A DNA stretch of 54,187 nucleotides from Patescibacteria group bacterium (lineage in GTDB: Bacteria > Patescibacteriota > Minisyncoccia > JAHIHE01 > JAGLIN01). Shown here piece after piece: positions 46,404 to 54,187 of the stretch. The stretch's first letter is position 1, and each line of letters opens with the position of its first letter. Below the pieces are notes generated by a model, which did not search any database, was not told the origin of the DNA, and worked only from the letters and a program-made list of their open reading frames with translations. The translations under genes were made by a program, and so were the position numbers. The DNA is taken from assembly GCA_019428855.1 (NCBI GenBank), contig JAHYJV010000004.1, positions 1 to 54,187 of the forward strand, written 5' to 3'.

Positions 46404-46940
46404 TTATTTCTTTTCAGACTCCCTCTCTAGCGATTTTAAAATTTCCAGTAATGCGCACAACACTCTTTTGGGAGATGGGGGGTCTCCAGGAATTTGAAAA
46501 TCAACTGGAATTACTTTTTCTACTCCGTCCATAACCGCATATGATCCTTTGAAAATTCCGCCATCAATCGCATCGTCCCCTACTGCCACTACAAATTTGG
46601 GCTCAGGCGTGGCTTCATATGTCTTCCGAAGAGCAACTGCCATATTTCGAGAAACAGGTCCCGTTACCAAAAGCATATCTGCATGTCTAGGTGAAGCAAC
46701 AAAATGAATTCCAAATCGTTCGACATCATAGAAAGAATTCCCAAGCGCTGTCAGCTCCTGTTCGCAAGCATTAGAAGAGCCGGCATCAACTTCTCGAATA
46801 GCAAGAGAACCACGAAACAATTTCTTTATTTTTTCGCTCAATTCCTTACTGATAAGCTTGATATCCTTTTCCTTATACAAATCTTCCGGCATAATCAATG
46901 TCTTCGGATTAGAAAAAGTTTTTATATAAAGACTTGGCAT
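46404..46940 (-). CDS. NuoB/HycG-like small subunit lacking three of the four [4Fe-4S] cysteine ligands
   Basis: 178 aa with ERFGIHFVASPRHADMLLVTGPV. The ligand motifs read DAGSSNACE (canonical GSCNGC), VGDDAIDGG (canonical G-x-C-A-x-x-G-G) and IPGDPPSP (canonical PGCPP). Confidence 0.88.
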   Translation of the reverse strand: MPSLYIKTFSNPKTLIMPEDLYKEKDIKLISKELSEKIKKLFRGSLAIREVDAGSSNACEQELTALGNSFYDVERFGIHFVASPRHADMLLVTGPVSRNMAVALRKTYEATPEPKFVVAVGDDAIDGGIFKGSYAVMDGVEKVIPVDFQIPGDPPSPKRVLCALLEILKSLERESEKK

Positions 46941-47136
46941 ATAATATCAATTAAACGGTTCTAAAAATAAAAAAACACCACAATGAATAAATTCATAAAG
47001 CATCAAATAATCTATCAAGATTAATTATACAAAATACTCGGCGCTTATTCTCTGTGACTACACAAAACACATTAAGATTTAGGCACAATTTATTTTATTA
47101 AATCCTTATATAAGATTAATACTTTTGTAAACTTTG

Positions 47137-47406
47137 TCAATAGCATGTATTAGTCCAACACATTCTGGACAATAAATTATTATTAATCATATAATCCACG
47201 GGGGATTGCAAGCCCAAGTTCTCAACTACTATTTTTGTTTCTCCCTCTAAATCCCATGCAAAAGGAAAATCTCCATTAAACGCTTCAAGAAACAGAGGCC
47301 CATTTTTGTAAAAATTCAAGGAAACTTCTTCCCCTTCAACCAAGCCCTTAACCTCAGTTTCACTATTATATAAATAAACTAGGCTATAGACCATCAGAAA
47401 CTTCAT
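47137..47406 (-). CDS. Hypothetical protein
   Basis: 89-aa ORF with no recognisable family. The coding call rests on length and context only. Confidence 0.4.
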   Translation of the reverse strand: MKFLMVYSLVYLYNSETEVKGLVEGEEVSLNFYKNGPLFLEAFNGDFPFAWDLEGETKIVVENLGLQSPVDYMINNNLLSRMCWTNTCY

Positions 47407-47563
47407 TATTTAATCTAAAATCCATGCAGCGGATTAGAAGGGTTTTGCATGTGTGTGGCATAAGCATAAGTTATAAAGTTAAAAGCTTGTAAAGTTATAA
47501 AGTTTTGTTAAAATTATAACAATCAATTTCAATAAATTTCTACTAATTTCCACAAATTTCATT

Positions 47564-49621
47564 CTATCCCGCTCCTCCTCCGCCACCACCTGCTCCACCA
47601 CCCGCTCCTCCGCCACCACCAGAAGCACCACTGGCGCCAGAACTGGAAATTGCGCTGTAAAATGAAGATGCAAAGCTAGCACTGAAAGCGGAAGAAGAAA
47701 ATGCGGAAGAATAAAATGAAGATGCCATATTTGTGGCTCCGACATACCAAGACGGCCGAGGAACATTCATCGATTCAAACGCCTTTGCCCATTTTTTCTC
47801 TACTCCAAAAATCATAGCATAAGGCAAATATTTCTCAAAATATTCTGGTTTTAAATTCTGCATCCTGTATTTTTCCGCCGTTTCCAAATACATCTTAAAT
47901 CCCAGCCAGTCTTCTTTGAGTTTTATTCCTTTGTCAGACAAGCGAGCTTCGTATTTGATGAAAGCGTAGAGAAATCCAATACTTACAATTCCTGTTGTTA
48001 TTAAAAAAAGTAATTGACTTATTCCAAAATTTAATCCTATAAGCATGTAAATAATATAAAATGGAAAGAAAAATATTTTCCAAAGTTTTGTTTTCTTTTT
48101 TTCTATTGTTAATCCAGTTTCAAAAGCTTTCGTGTCTAATTCAACTTCTTTATATATTTTATCTTTAATTTTTAATATTTTTTCATATAACACTCTTGCA
48201 TTTACTCTATCTTTCTTTAATTCTTCTGTAGAAAAATATTCTTTATTGTCAAAAAGCACATCTAAATATTTTCTTTCATAATCTTCAAGATTAGAAGCAC
48301 TTTCATATAGTTTGGCTTTTTTTATAATATAATTAACATATCTCTTTTCGGTTCTTTTAAGTGATATTAATAAAGTAAAAAGCATTAATAATACGGGTAA
48401 AATTAAAGAAAGAAAAAAGAAGATTTCTTTATATAAAGATAGGAACAATAAAAGTAAAAATAAAATTATAGCAAAAGGCAATATTAAAAAAAATAATATG
48501 AATGTCTTTATTAAATGACGCTCTCTGACTTTAGAGTTCAATTCAGGAACTTCCTCAATTCTCACATACCCCCTCACCGCCAGATCAACAATCGTCGCCG
48601 TTAAACCTTTATTTGTTAATCTTTCCTTTATAATAACTTCCGCCATGGCGGGCTTCAGATTTTGAGGCGGTTCATATTGCGGAACAATCGCACGCTTTCC
48701 TTCTCTTGATCTTTCCGTTTTATACCAATGGTAAAATCCATAAATAACCGCGCTGATAAATATCAAAATTGATAAAATATAGCCGTAATACATAAAAAGA
48801 AAATCTTTGAAATACGAGCCTTGACTGACAATGCCTTTTGGAAATCCTACGGCAACCGTAAAGTTTGTATTCGGCCTTATATTCCTTCCCCAAAATATTG
48901 CTTCGGTATTATCTTGATTAAAGTAATATCCGCCAGAAGATATCGGGTTAAATTCCGCTCCGTAAGAAAGAGGCAGTGCCTCGTTCCTACCGTCATTTAT
49001 ATCCCAATCGTCCATCCTCTCAGATAAGGGGAGGATAGGTGTGGTTTGAAAAATCGGGCTGGGAATATCCTCCGCATAAAGCCAAATCAGATCTTTATTA
49101 AATTTCTCTCCATTTTCCAAGCTTATTGTAACTTTCACATTCTGAATCGCGACATCCCTGACACTTGGTATTGCATTCCAATAAATTTCATCATAGTTTT
49201 TCAAAAAACTTATTCCACCATGAACTTTATATTTCACCGTCCAGCTTTTTTCTTCCTGATCAAAGTCCCGCCTCGCGAAATTCCACTGAATATACTTTGC
49301 ACCGTTTTTTAAATTTATAAACAGTTGGATTTTGGGGATTTTATTATTATCCCCGTCAAAAACTTCAATGTCCGTGATAGCATCTATCTTATTTAAAGAA
49401 ACATTGCGATTTACAAAACCAAAATTGCCATCAAAAAAATAAGTCTGTTTTTCTGTGACATCAAAAGTTGAGTCTTGGTTTATTTTTATATCAACTTCAA
49501 AATCTTTGTAATAATATTCTTTGGCGAAGGAAGTTTTGACATTAAAACAAAAAATAAAAACTATACTTACTACAAATAATAATTTATATATTTTCATATT
49601 TTTATTTATAAAATATTTCAT
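47564..49621 (-). CDS. DUF2207-like membrane protein with a Gly/Ser/Ala-rich C-terminal tail
   Basis: 685 aa with a signal peptide, a large extracytoplasmic domain, several TM helices and a tail ...SSGASGASGGGGGAGGGAGGGGGGAG. This architecture is typical of DUF2207. Confidence 0.75.
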   Translation of the reverse strand: MKYFINKNMKIYKLLFVVSIVFIFCFNVKTSFAKEYYYKDFEVDIKINQDSTFDVTEKQTYFFDGNFGFVNRNVSLNKIDAITDIEVFDGDNNKIPKIQLFINLKNGAKYIQWNFARRDFDQEEKSWTVKYKVHGGISFLKNYDEIYWNAIPSVRDVAIQNVKVTISLENGEKFNKDLIWLYAEDIPSPIFQTTPILPLSERMDDWDINDGRNEALPLSYGAEFNPISSGGYYFNQDNTEAIFWGRNIRPNTNFTVAVGFPKGIVSQGSYFKDFLFMYYGYILSILIFISAVIYGFYHWYKTERSREGKRAIVPQYEPPQNLKPAMAEVIIKERLTNKGLTATIVDLAVRGYVRIEEVPELNSKVRERHLIKTFILFFLILPFAIILFLLLLFLSLYKEIFFFLSLILPVLLMLFTLLISLKRTEKRYVNYIIKKAKLYESASNLEDYERKYLDVLFDNKEYFSTEELKKDRVNARVLYEKILKIKDKIYKEVELDTKAFETGLTIEKKKTKLWKIFFFPFYIIYMLIGLNFGISQLLFLITTGIVSIGFLYAFIKYEARLSDKGIKLKEDWLGFKMYLETAEKYRMQNLKPEYFEKYLPYAMIFGVEKKWAKAFESMNVPRPSWYVGATNMASSFYSSAFSSSAFSASFASSFYSAISSSGASGASGGGGGAGGGAGGGGGGAG

Positions 49622-49666
49622 AAATTATACATACCAAATTTCTTTGAATTACGAAATACAAATTTT

Positions 49667-49740
49667 TGTGTCATTTTGAGCCTTAAGCGAGAAATCCCTT
49701 CAATATTATGATCGCTATCGCTCATTTCGAAATGACAAAA
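49667..49740. repeat. TGTCAT-type palindromic element (family 1), first of a tandem pair
   Basis: tgtgtcattttgagccttaagcgagaaatccc ... gctatcgctcatttcgaaatgacaaaa. Confidence 0.6.
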
Positions 49741-49774
49741 GGAGACATTTCGTAATCCAAACGAAATAGCTAAA

Positions 49775-49849
49775 TTTGTCATAGTGAGCTCGTCGAACTA
49801 TGATAAATTTGACGCATTTTCTACCCTTCGACAAGCTCAGGGTGACAAA
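49775..49849. repeat. TGTCAT-type palindromic element (family 1), second of a tandem pair
   Basis: tttgtcatagtgagctcgtcgaac ... cttcgacaagctcagggtgacaaa. The core is related to the 39534-39591 copy. Confidence 0.6.
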
Positions 49850-49877
49850 TATATTGAATTTCGTAATTCAAGGAAAT

Positions 49878-50882
49878 TTATAACTCCTTCCCCACAAACT
49901 CTGCCATTTCCACAAATCGATTCGTATATCCGAATTCATTATCATACCATGCCAAAACCTTCACTAAATTACCATCCACTTTTGTCAGTGGTAAATCCAC
50001 GATTGAGGAAAACGAATTGCCTTTATAATCAACAGAAACCAACGGTTCGATAGTCACATTGATTACTCCCAAAGTGTCCTCATCACTCGCTTTTTGGAAA
50101 AGTGCATTCACTTCTTCAACGGTCGTATCTCTTTTGACAACTGCTGTAAAATCAACAATCGAAACTGTGGAAGTTGGCACACGCATGGCCATTCCATCAA
50201 GTTTGCCATTCAATTCTGGAATTGCTTCTGTGGCGGCAACTGCTGCACCAGTTGTGGTTGGAATTATACTAATGGCTGCTGCTCGTGCCCGACGCAAATC
50301 CTTATGAGGTAAATCCAAAATCCTCTGATCGTTTGTGTAACTATGCACCGTGGTCATAAAACCTTTTTCAATTCCGAGATTATCATTCAAAACTTTGACT
50401 ACTGGTGCCAAGCAATTAGTTGTGCAAGATCCATTAGAAACGATATTATCCTTGCTTGAGTCATAATCAAATTCATTTACTCCTAAAATCAATGTTTTGA
50501 TATTTCCACCCTTGCAAGGAGCACTGATGACAACTTTTTTTGCTCCCGCTTTCAAATGTTTTTCTGATCCTTCTACGGTAGTGAAAAATCCTGTACATTC
50601 CAAAACAACATCTACTTCCAATTCTTTCCACGGCAAAAGTTCCGGATCTTTTTGTGCAAAAACTTTGATTTTTTTTCCATCAACGATGATATGTTCCTCA
50701 TTAAATGAAACTTCTTTTTCATACTTTCCATAATTGGAATCATATTGTAATAAATGCGCCAAAGTTTTTGTGTCAGTTAAATCATTAACAGCCACAACTT
50801 CAAGATTTGGATGTTTGTCTAAAATCACTTTTAGAGCCGGTCTTCCAATTCGACCAAAACCATTAATTGCAATTTTTGTCAT
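49878..50882 (-). CDS. gap: Glyceraldehyde-3-phosphate dehydrogenase, type I
   Basis: 334 aa with INGFGRIGR, the active site SCTTNCLAP, and WYDNEFGY. Confidence 0.96.
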   Translation of the reverse strand: MTKIAINGFGRIGRPALKVILDKHPNLEVVAVNDLTDTKTLAHLLQYDSNYGKYEKEVSFNEEHIIVDGKKIKVFAQKDPELLPWKELEVDVVLECTGFFTTVEGSEKHLKAGAKKVVISAPCKGGNIKTLILGVNEFDYDSSKDNIVSNGSCTTNCLAPVVKVLNDNLGIEKGFMTTVHSYTNDQRILDLPHKDLRRARAAAISIIPTTTGAAVAATEAIPELNGKLDGMAMRVPTSTVSIVDFTAVVKRDTTVEEVNALFQKASDEDTLGVINVTIEPLVSVDYKGNSFSSIVDLPLTKVDGNLVKVLAWYDNEFGYTNRFVEMAEFVGKEL

Positions 50883-50932
50883 AGTTTTTTTATTAAATTA
50901 AAATTTAGCTTATTTAAATACTTTATATCTTT

Positions 50933-51652
50933 TTAATTAAACATGCAATAATTCTTATTACAATAATATGTTTTCACAATACTTCTTGTATTCTCACAAA
51001 ATAATTTCCTTTCTTCTCGAAAAAAATTCGCCTCGATAAAATAATCCTCTTCCCCCTCAACCTTCCTAATAGCATATCCGTTTTTCTCAAAGTCAGTAAC
51101 TTCTTCCTCACTCAAAGTCCCATTATCAACCATATCCTGAAAGGAATCGGGATAAGATTTATTACTATAATAGTAGGGATAATAATCACTATTTTCATAA
51201 GATAGTTCAACATAACCTTTAAGTTCCATTAGTTTAATCTTTTTAATTTCGGTCTCTTTCTCAGAGCAAAAAGATTTATTTAAATAATACCCATAAATTG
51301 AAAATGACAAAAGAAATAATCCCACAAGGAACATGCACACGGTGAGTGTGTCACTCGTGCTTATGGAACACTTCAAAATTCTCTGTGATTTCAAATGAGA
51401 AAAAACACATGATATTTTCTGAAAAGAAAAATAAAATGAGATTATAAAAAAAATAAATAAAACTACGAAATATAGTATATCTACATTTACAGCTCCGCAA
51501 ATCGTAGTTTCTTTTGGTATAAAAGAATTATTCCCACATTTAGTACTAAAAATATTCACTGCCAAAAGGATTGCAGACAGTAAAAATATGAATGACCAAA
51601 ATTTCCCTTTACTTACTTTTTTTTGGTTATTTTTATTTTCTTTAATTTTCAT
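50933..51652 (-). CDS. Hypothetical membrane protein with a Cys-containing C-terminal domain
   Basis: 239 aa with several hydrophobic helices followed by a soluble domain with Tyr-rich and Cys motifs. Confidence 0.55.
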   Translation of the reverse strand: MKIKENKNNQKKVSKGKFWSFIFLLSAILLAVNIFSTKCGNNSFIPKETTICGAVNVDILYFVVLFIFFIISFYFSFQKISCVFSHLKSQRILKCSISTSDTLTVCMFLVGLFLLSFSIYGYYLNKSFCSEKETEIKKIKLMELKGYVELSYENSDYYPYYYSNKSYPDSFQDMVDNGTLSEEEVTDFEKNGYAIRKVEGEEDYFIEANFFREERKLFCENTRSIVKTYYCNKNYCMFN

Positions 51653-51787
51653 TTATAGAAACATTACTATGGATTATTTTTATATTTTATCACAATTTAA
51701 TCAAAATAACCAATTTTGCAAAATTTAAAATTGTGCTATAATATTCTTATATTAACAAATCTTACGATAAATATCCAAATAAAAATC

Positions 51788-52762
51788 ATGAATGATAAAC
51801 AACTGCGAGGCTTCGTTTCATATCTTATCAAAAATAAACATACCGTATTTTCTCATACAGACGAAGAAGGGAAAATCAAGATAAAAAAAATAGATACTGG
51901 AAAAGATTTTACGCTTTGTCCTAAAAGACCTCTGTATTCTTTCAAAAAATTCTTTCTTCCACCCTGCCAAAAAATGATGGTTTTAAGCGATGACGAGACA
52001 ACCTTAAACAGAAATCCAAATGAAAAAATAGTTCTACTTGGGCTTCATTTTTATGATCTCAAAGCATTTACACTTATTAATCAAGTATATAGGAAGGATC
52101 CTCATTTTCAGAAAAAATTGAGAAATGCGATTGTTATCGGTCAAAGTCCAATTCCAGCTGAGCTTGAAGATTACCAAAAATTTGAAAAAGAAGTTCTCGA
52201 ACATCTCAAATTTGATATTTTTCTGGAAGCAAAATCTCACGGAAAGCAAGAATCATTCCGAATTTTTACAGGTTCAGAAGATGGACAAAGACTTTTGGAT
52301 GATTTTGGATATAGAGATTATGAAAATATTGAATATGTCGGCCCTGTTCCCAAAAAAGGTCTGGGACCAATTAATTCCATGCTAATTGAAAAAATCAAAA
52401 AATCTTGTGGTTCAAAAATTTGGAAAGAATTAGGGGAAAAATGTACTGATTGTGGAAAATGCACAATTGTTTGTCCGACTTGTTTTTGTTTTAAAATCAA
52501 GGATGAAATTAAAAAAGACGAAATCCTACGCTCTCGCGAATGGGACAGTTGTTTTTATGAGGAATTTTCCGAAATTTCAGGAGGACATAAATTTCTTGAT
52601 ACAACTGAGAAGAGAATTTATAATTATTACGACCATAAGTTTGTCAGAATACCAGAGGAATATGGAATGCCTGGGTGTATTTCGTGTGGAAGATGTACAG
52701 AGGTTTGCCCAGCAGGAATTGACATTAGAGCAGTTATAAAAAGGATTATCAAAGAGAATTAA
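51788..52762 (+). CDS. Iron-sulfur subunit, HydB (group-3b hydrogenase beta)/AsrA-like
   Basis: CTDCGKCTIVCPTCFC and CISCGRCTEVCPAGI are present. Start placed at ATG 51788 (MNDKQLRGF...), because the track's TTG 51716 extension is a low-complexity leader. Confidence 0.78.
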   Translation: MNDKQLRGFVSYLIKNKHTVFSHTDEEGKIKIKKIDTGKDFTLCPKRPLYSFKKFFLPPCQKMMVLSDDETTLNRNPNEKIVLLGLHFYDLKAFTLINQVYRKDPHFQKKLRNAIVIGQSPIPAELEDYQKFEKEVLEHLKFDIFLEAKSHGKQESFRIFTGSEDGQRLLDDFGYRDYENIEYVGPVPKKGLGPINSMLIEKIKKSCGSKIWKELGEKCTDCGKCTIVCPTCFCFKIKDEIKKDEILRSREWDSCFYEEFSEISGGHKFLDTTEKRIYNYYDHKFVRIPEEYGMPGCISCGRCTEVCPAGIDIRAVIKRIIKEN

Positions 52763-52952
52763 TTCGAGCAAATAACTGGAGTTCAGTTTTTAACCTGTAA
52801 AAAACTATTTTCTTACAATCGATTTACAATCTAAAAAGTGAACTCCGAAATAAGATAATTTAGTATAACAATGGCGATGTTAATCCTCTTGCAAGATTAC
52901 CACTAATAACATCTGTCTTAATATTGCCAATATTAATATCATAAAAATCTGC

Positions 52953-53774
52953 ATGAAAAATCAATACGAACCAATTCAAACCGAGATTGTGAAAATTGAA
53001 GAACTTTCACCTATTAATAAGCTTTTTACACTAAGAATTAAAAACGAGCAGACTCAAAATGCATTCAAGTTTCGACATGGACAATTTTTTATTCTTTCCG
53101 TTCCAGGGTTTGGCGAAGCTCCTTTTGGTTTTTGCTCAAGCCCGACAATCAAAGAAACTTTTCAAGTGTCCGTGGACAAGAGAGGAAGTCTGACTACAAA
53201 GCTTTTTGAGTTCAAAGTGGGAGCTGATATTGGAATCAGAGGTCCTTATGGTAATGGCTTTGATCGGAAAAAAATCAAAAACAGAAATCTCGTTCTCGTA
53301 GCTGGTGGATGCGGACTCTCCCCTCTGAGAACAATTATCCAAGATGCCAATCTTCATCCTGAAAATTTTCAAAATATTCAAATTTTTTATGGTTGTCGGA
53401 ATTCAGAACTCTTGGCATTCAAAAAAGATTATACTGATTGGAGTAAAAATATCGAAATAAATCTGACAGTCGATACACCAGACAAAAAATGGAAAAACAA
53501 TGTTGGCGTGGTCACAAATTTACTAACTCTAGAAAAAATCAAATCTGATTCCGTGGCAATTCTAGTCGGTCCGCCAATAATGTATAAGTTCGTCATTCAA
53601 AAACTGGTTGAACTTGGCTTGAGTGATGAGGACATCTATGTTTCACTGGAACGAAGAATGCATTGTGGGATTGGAATCTGTCAACATTGTGCCCTTGTCG
53701 GCGGAAAATATGTTTGCACCGATGGTCCCCTATTTTCCTATGCTGAGATTAAAGATACTCCTGAAGGGATTTAG
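52953..53774 (+). CDS. FAD/NAD(P)-binding [2Fe-2S] subunit, HydG (group-3b gamma)/AsrB/PyrK-like
   Basis: 273 aa with RHGQFFILSVPGFGEAPF, LVAGGCGLSPL and a C-terminal MHCGIGICQHCALVGGKYVCTDGP cluster motif. Confidence 0.82.
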   Translation: MKNQYEPIQTEIVKIEELSPINKLFTLRIKNEQTQNAFKFRHGQFFILSVPGFGEAPFGFCSSPTIKETFQVSVDKRGSLTTKLFEFKVGADIGIRGPYGNGFDRKKIKNRNLVLVAGGCGLSPLRTIIQDANLHPENFQNIQIFYGCRNSELLAFKKDYTDWSKNIEINLTVDTPDKKWKNNVGVVTNLLTLEKIKSDSVAILVGPPIMYKFVIQKLVELGLSDEDIYVSLERRMHCGIGICQHCALVGGKYVCTDGPLFSYAEIKDTPEGI

Positions 53775-53797
53775 AAAAGTAAAAGCTAAAAACTAAA

Positions 53798-54174
53798 ATG
53801 GAAAAAGAAAATCCGAAAACAACAAATAATCTAAAATACAGATCTTATGGATTTAGTTTAAATGTAATTAGCTTACTTGAATTGTTTCCCAAAAATTATA
53901 TTTACCAAACTATCGGCAAATAGCTATTAAGATCGGGAACTTCAATCGGAGCTAATATTATTGAAGCACAGGCAGGAAGAACAAGAAAAGATTTTTCAAA
54001 TTATTACCAAATCGCATTAAAAAGTGCGAATGAAACTAAATACTGGTTATCTATTTTAAAGAAAAAATCAAGACAAAAAAAGAAAATGATAAAATATCAG
54101 AATTACTAGAAGAACCTATTGCTATAAGCAAAATGCTCGGAGCAAGTTTGATTACTTTAAATAGCAAAAAATAA
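53798..54174 (+). pseudogene. Four-helix-bundle (23S rRNA intervening-sequence protein family) gene with an in-frame TAG and a 1-nt frameshift
   Basis: Translation reads ...LELFPKNYIYQTIGK*LLRSGTSIGANIIEAQAGRTRKDFSNYYQIALKSANETKYWLSILKK. The family-like tail IKTKKENDKISELLEEPIAISKMLGASLITLNSKK* continues in the +2 frame. TAG is at 53921-53923, and the total length of 377 nt is not a multiple of 3. Confidence 0.7.
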
Positions 54175-54187
54175 CATTAGATTTTCC

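Noticed and set aside
37756-53923. Possible TAG-to-Gln stop-codon reassignment, since in-frame TAGs in the GIY-YIG gene (37756-37758) and the four-helix-bundle gene (53921-53923) both fall at Gln-type positions.
   Set aside because: TAG is clearly used as a genuine stop by conserved genes in this window: prmC ends at 7690-7692, rplY at 10795-10797 and the murE-like gene at 12101-12103. The four-helix-bundle gene also carries an independent frameshift. Pseudogenisation is the simpler explanation.

Overview
AT-rich (about one-third G+C by eye) bacterial chromosomal window with compact genes and a fermentative gene set. This resembles Candidate Phyla Radiation/Patescibacteria-type genomes, but that placement is inference only. 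The standard genetic code fits: TAA, TAG and TGA are all used as stops.

Layout:
- 1-9044 (+): F1Fo ATP synthase operon (tail of c, then b, delta, alpha, gamma, beta, epsilon), then prmC. The ATP synthase spacers are filled with palindromic repeat elements.
- A small lysine/alanine-rich histone-H1-like gene on the minus strand (7743-7883) is absent from the ORF track.
- 9257-51652 (-): a 42-kb run of minus-strand genes covering:
  - cell envelope: coiled-coil lytic transglycosylase, MurE-like ligase, GT2/GT4 glycosyltransferases, two DsbA-like proteins, Lgt
  - L25, a type-II P-type ATPase and a compact UvrC
  - POR gamma+delta subunits only, and pduL-ackA
  - lower glycolysis (PfkB kinase, gpmI, eno, pgk, gap)
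  - pilin-like anchored proteins and a DUF2207 protein
- 51788-end (+): beta/gamma-like subunits of a group-3b-type hydrogenase, followed by a decayed four-helix-bundle gene.

Most notable: a six-gene group-4-hydrogenase/complex-I-like (Ehr-type) operon at 39711-46940. Its large subunit has lost all four NiFe cysteines and its small subunit has lost three of four [4Fe-4S] cysteines. No NuoI-like subunit or maturation genes lie nearby.

Other observations:
- a ~480-nt GC-rich, ORF-free segment likely to be a structured RNA (16441-16925)
- a ~115-nt rod-like GC-rich hairpin (27005-27119)
- two families of palindromic MITE/REP-like elements
- two small selfish-type genes each broken by an in-frame TAG

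No rRNA, tRNA, CRISPR array or transposase was recognised.
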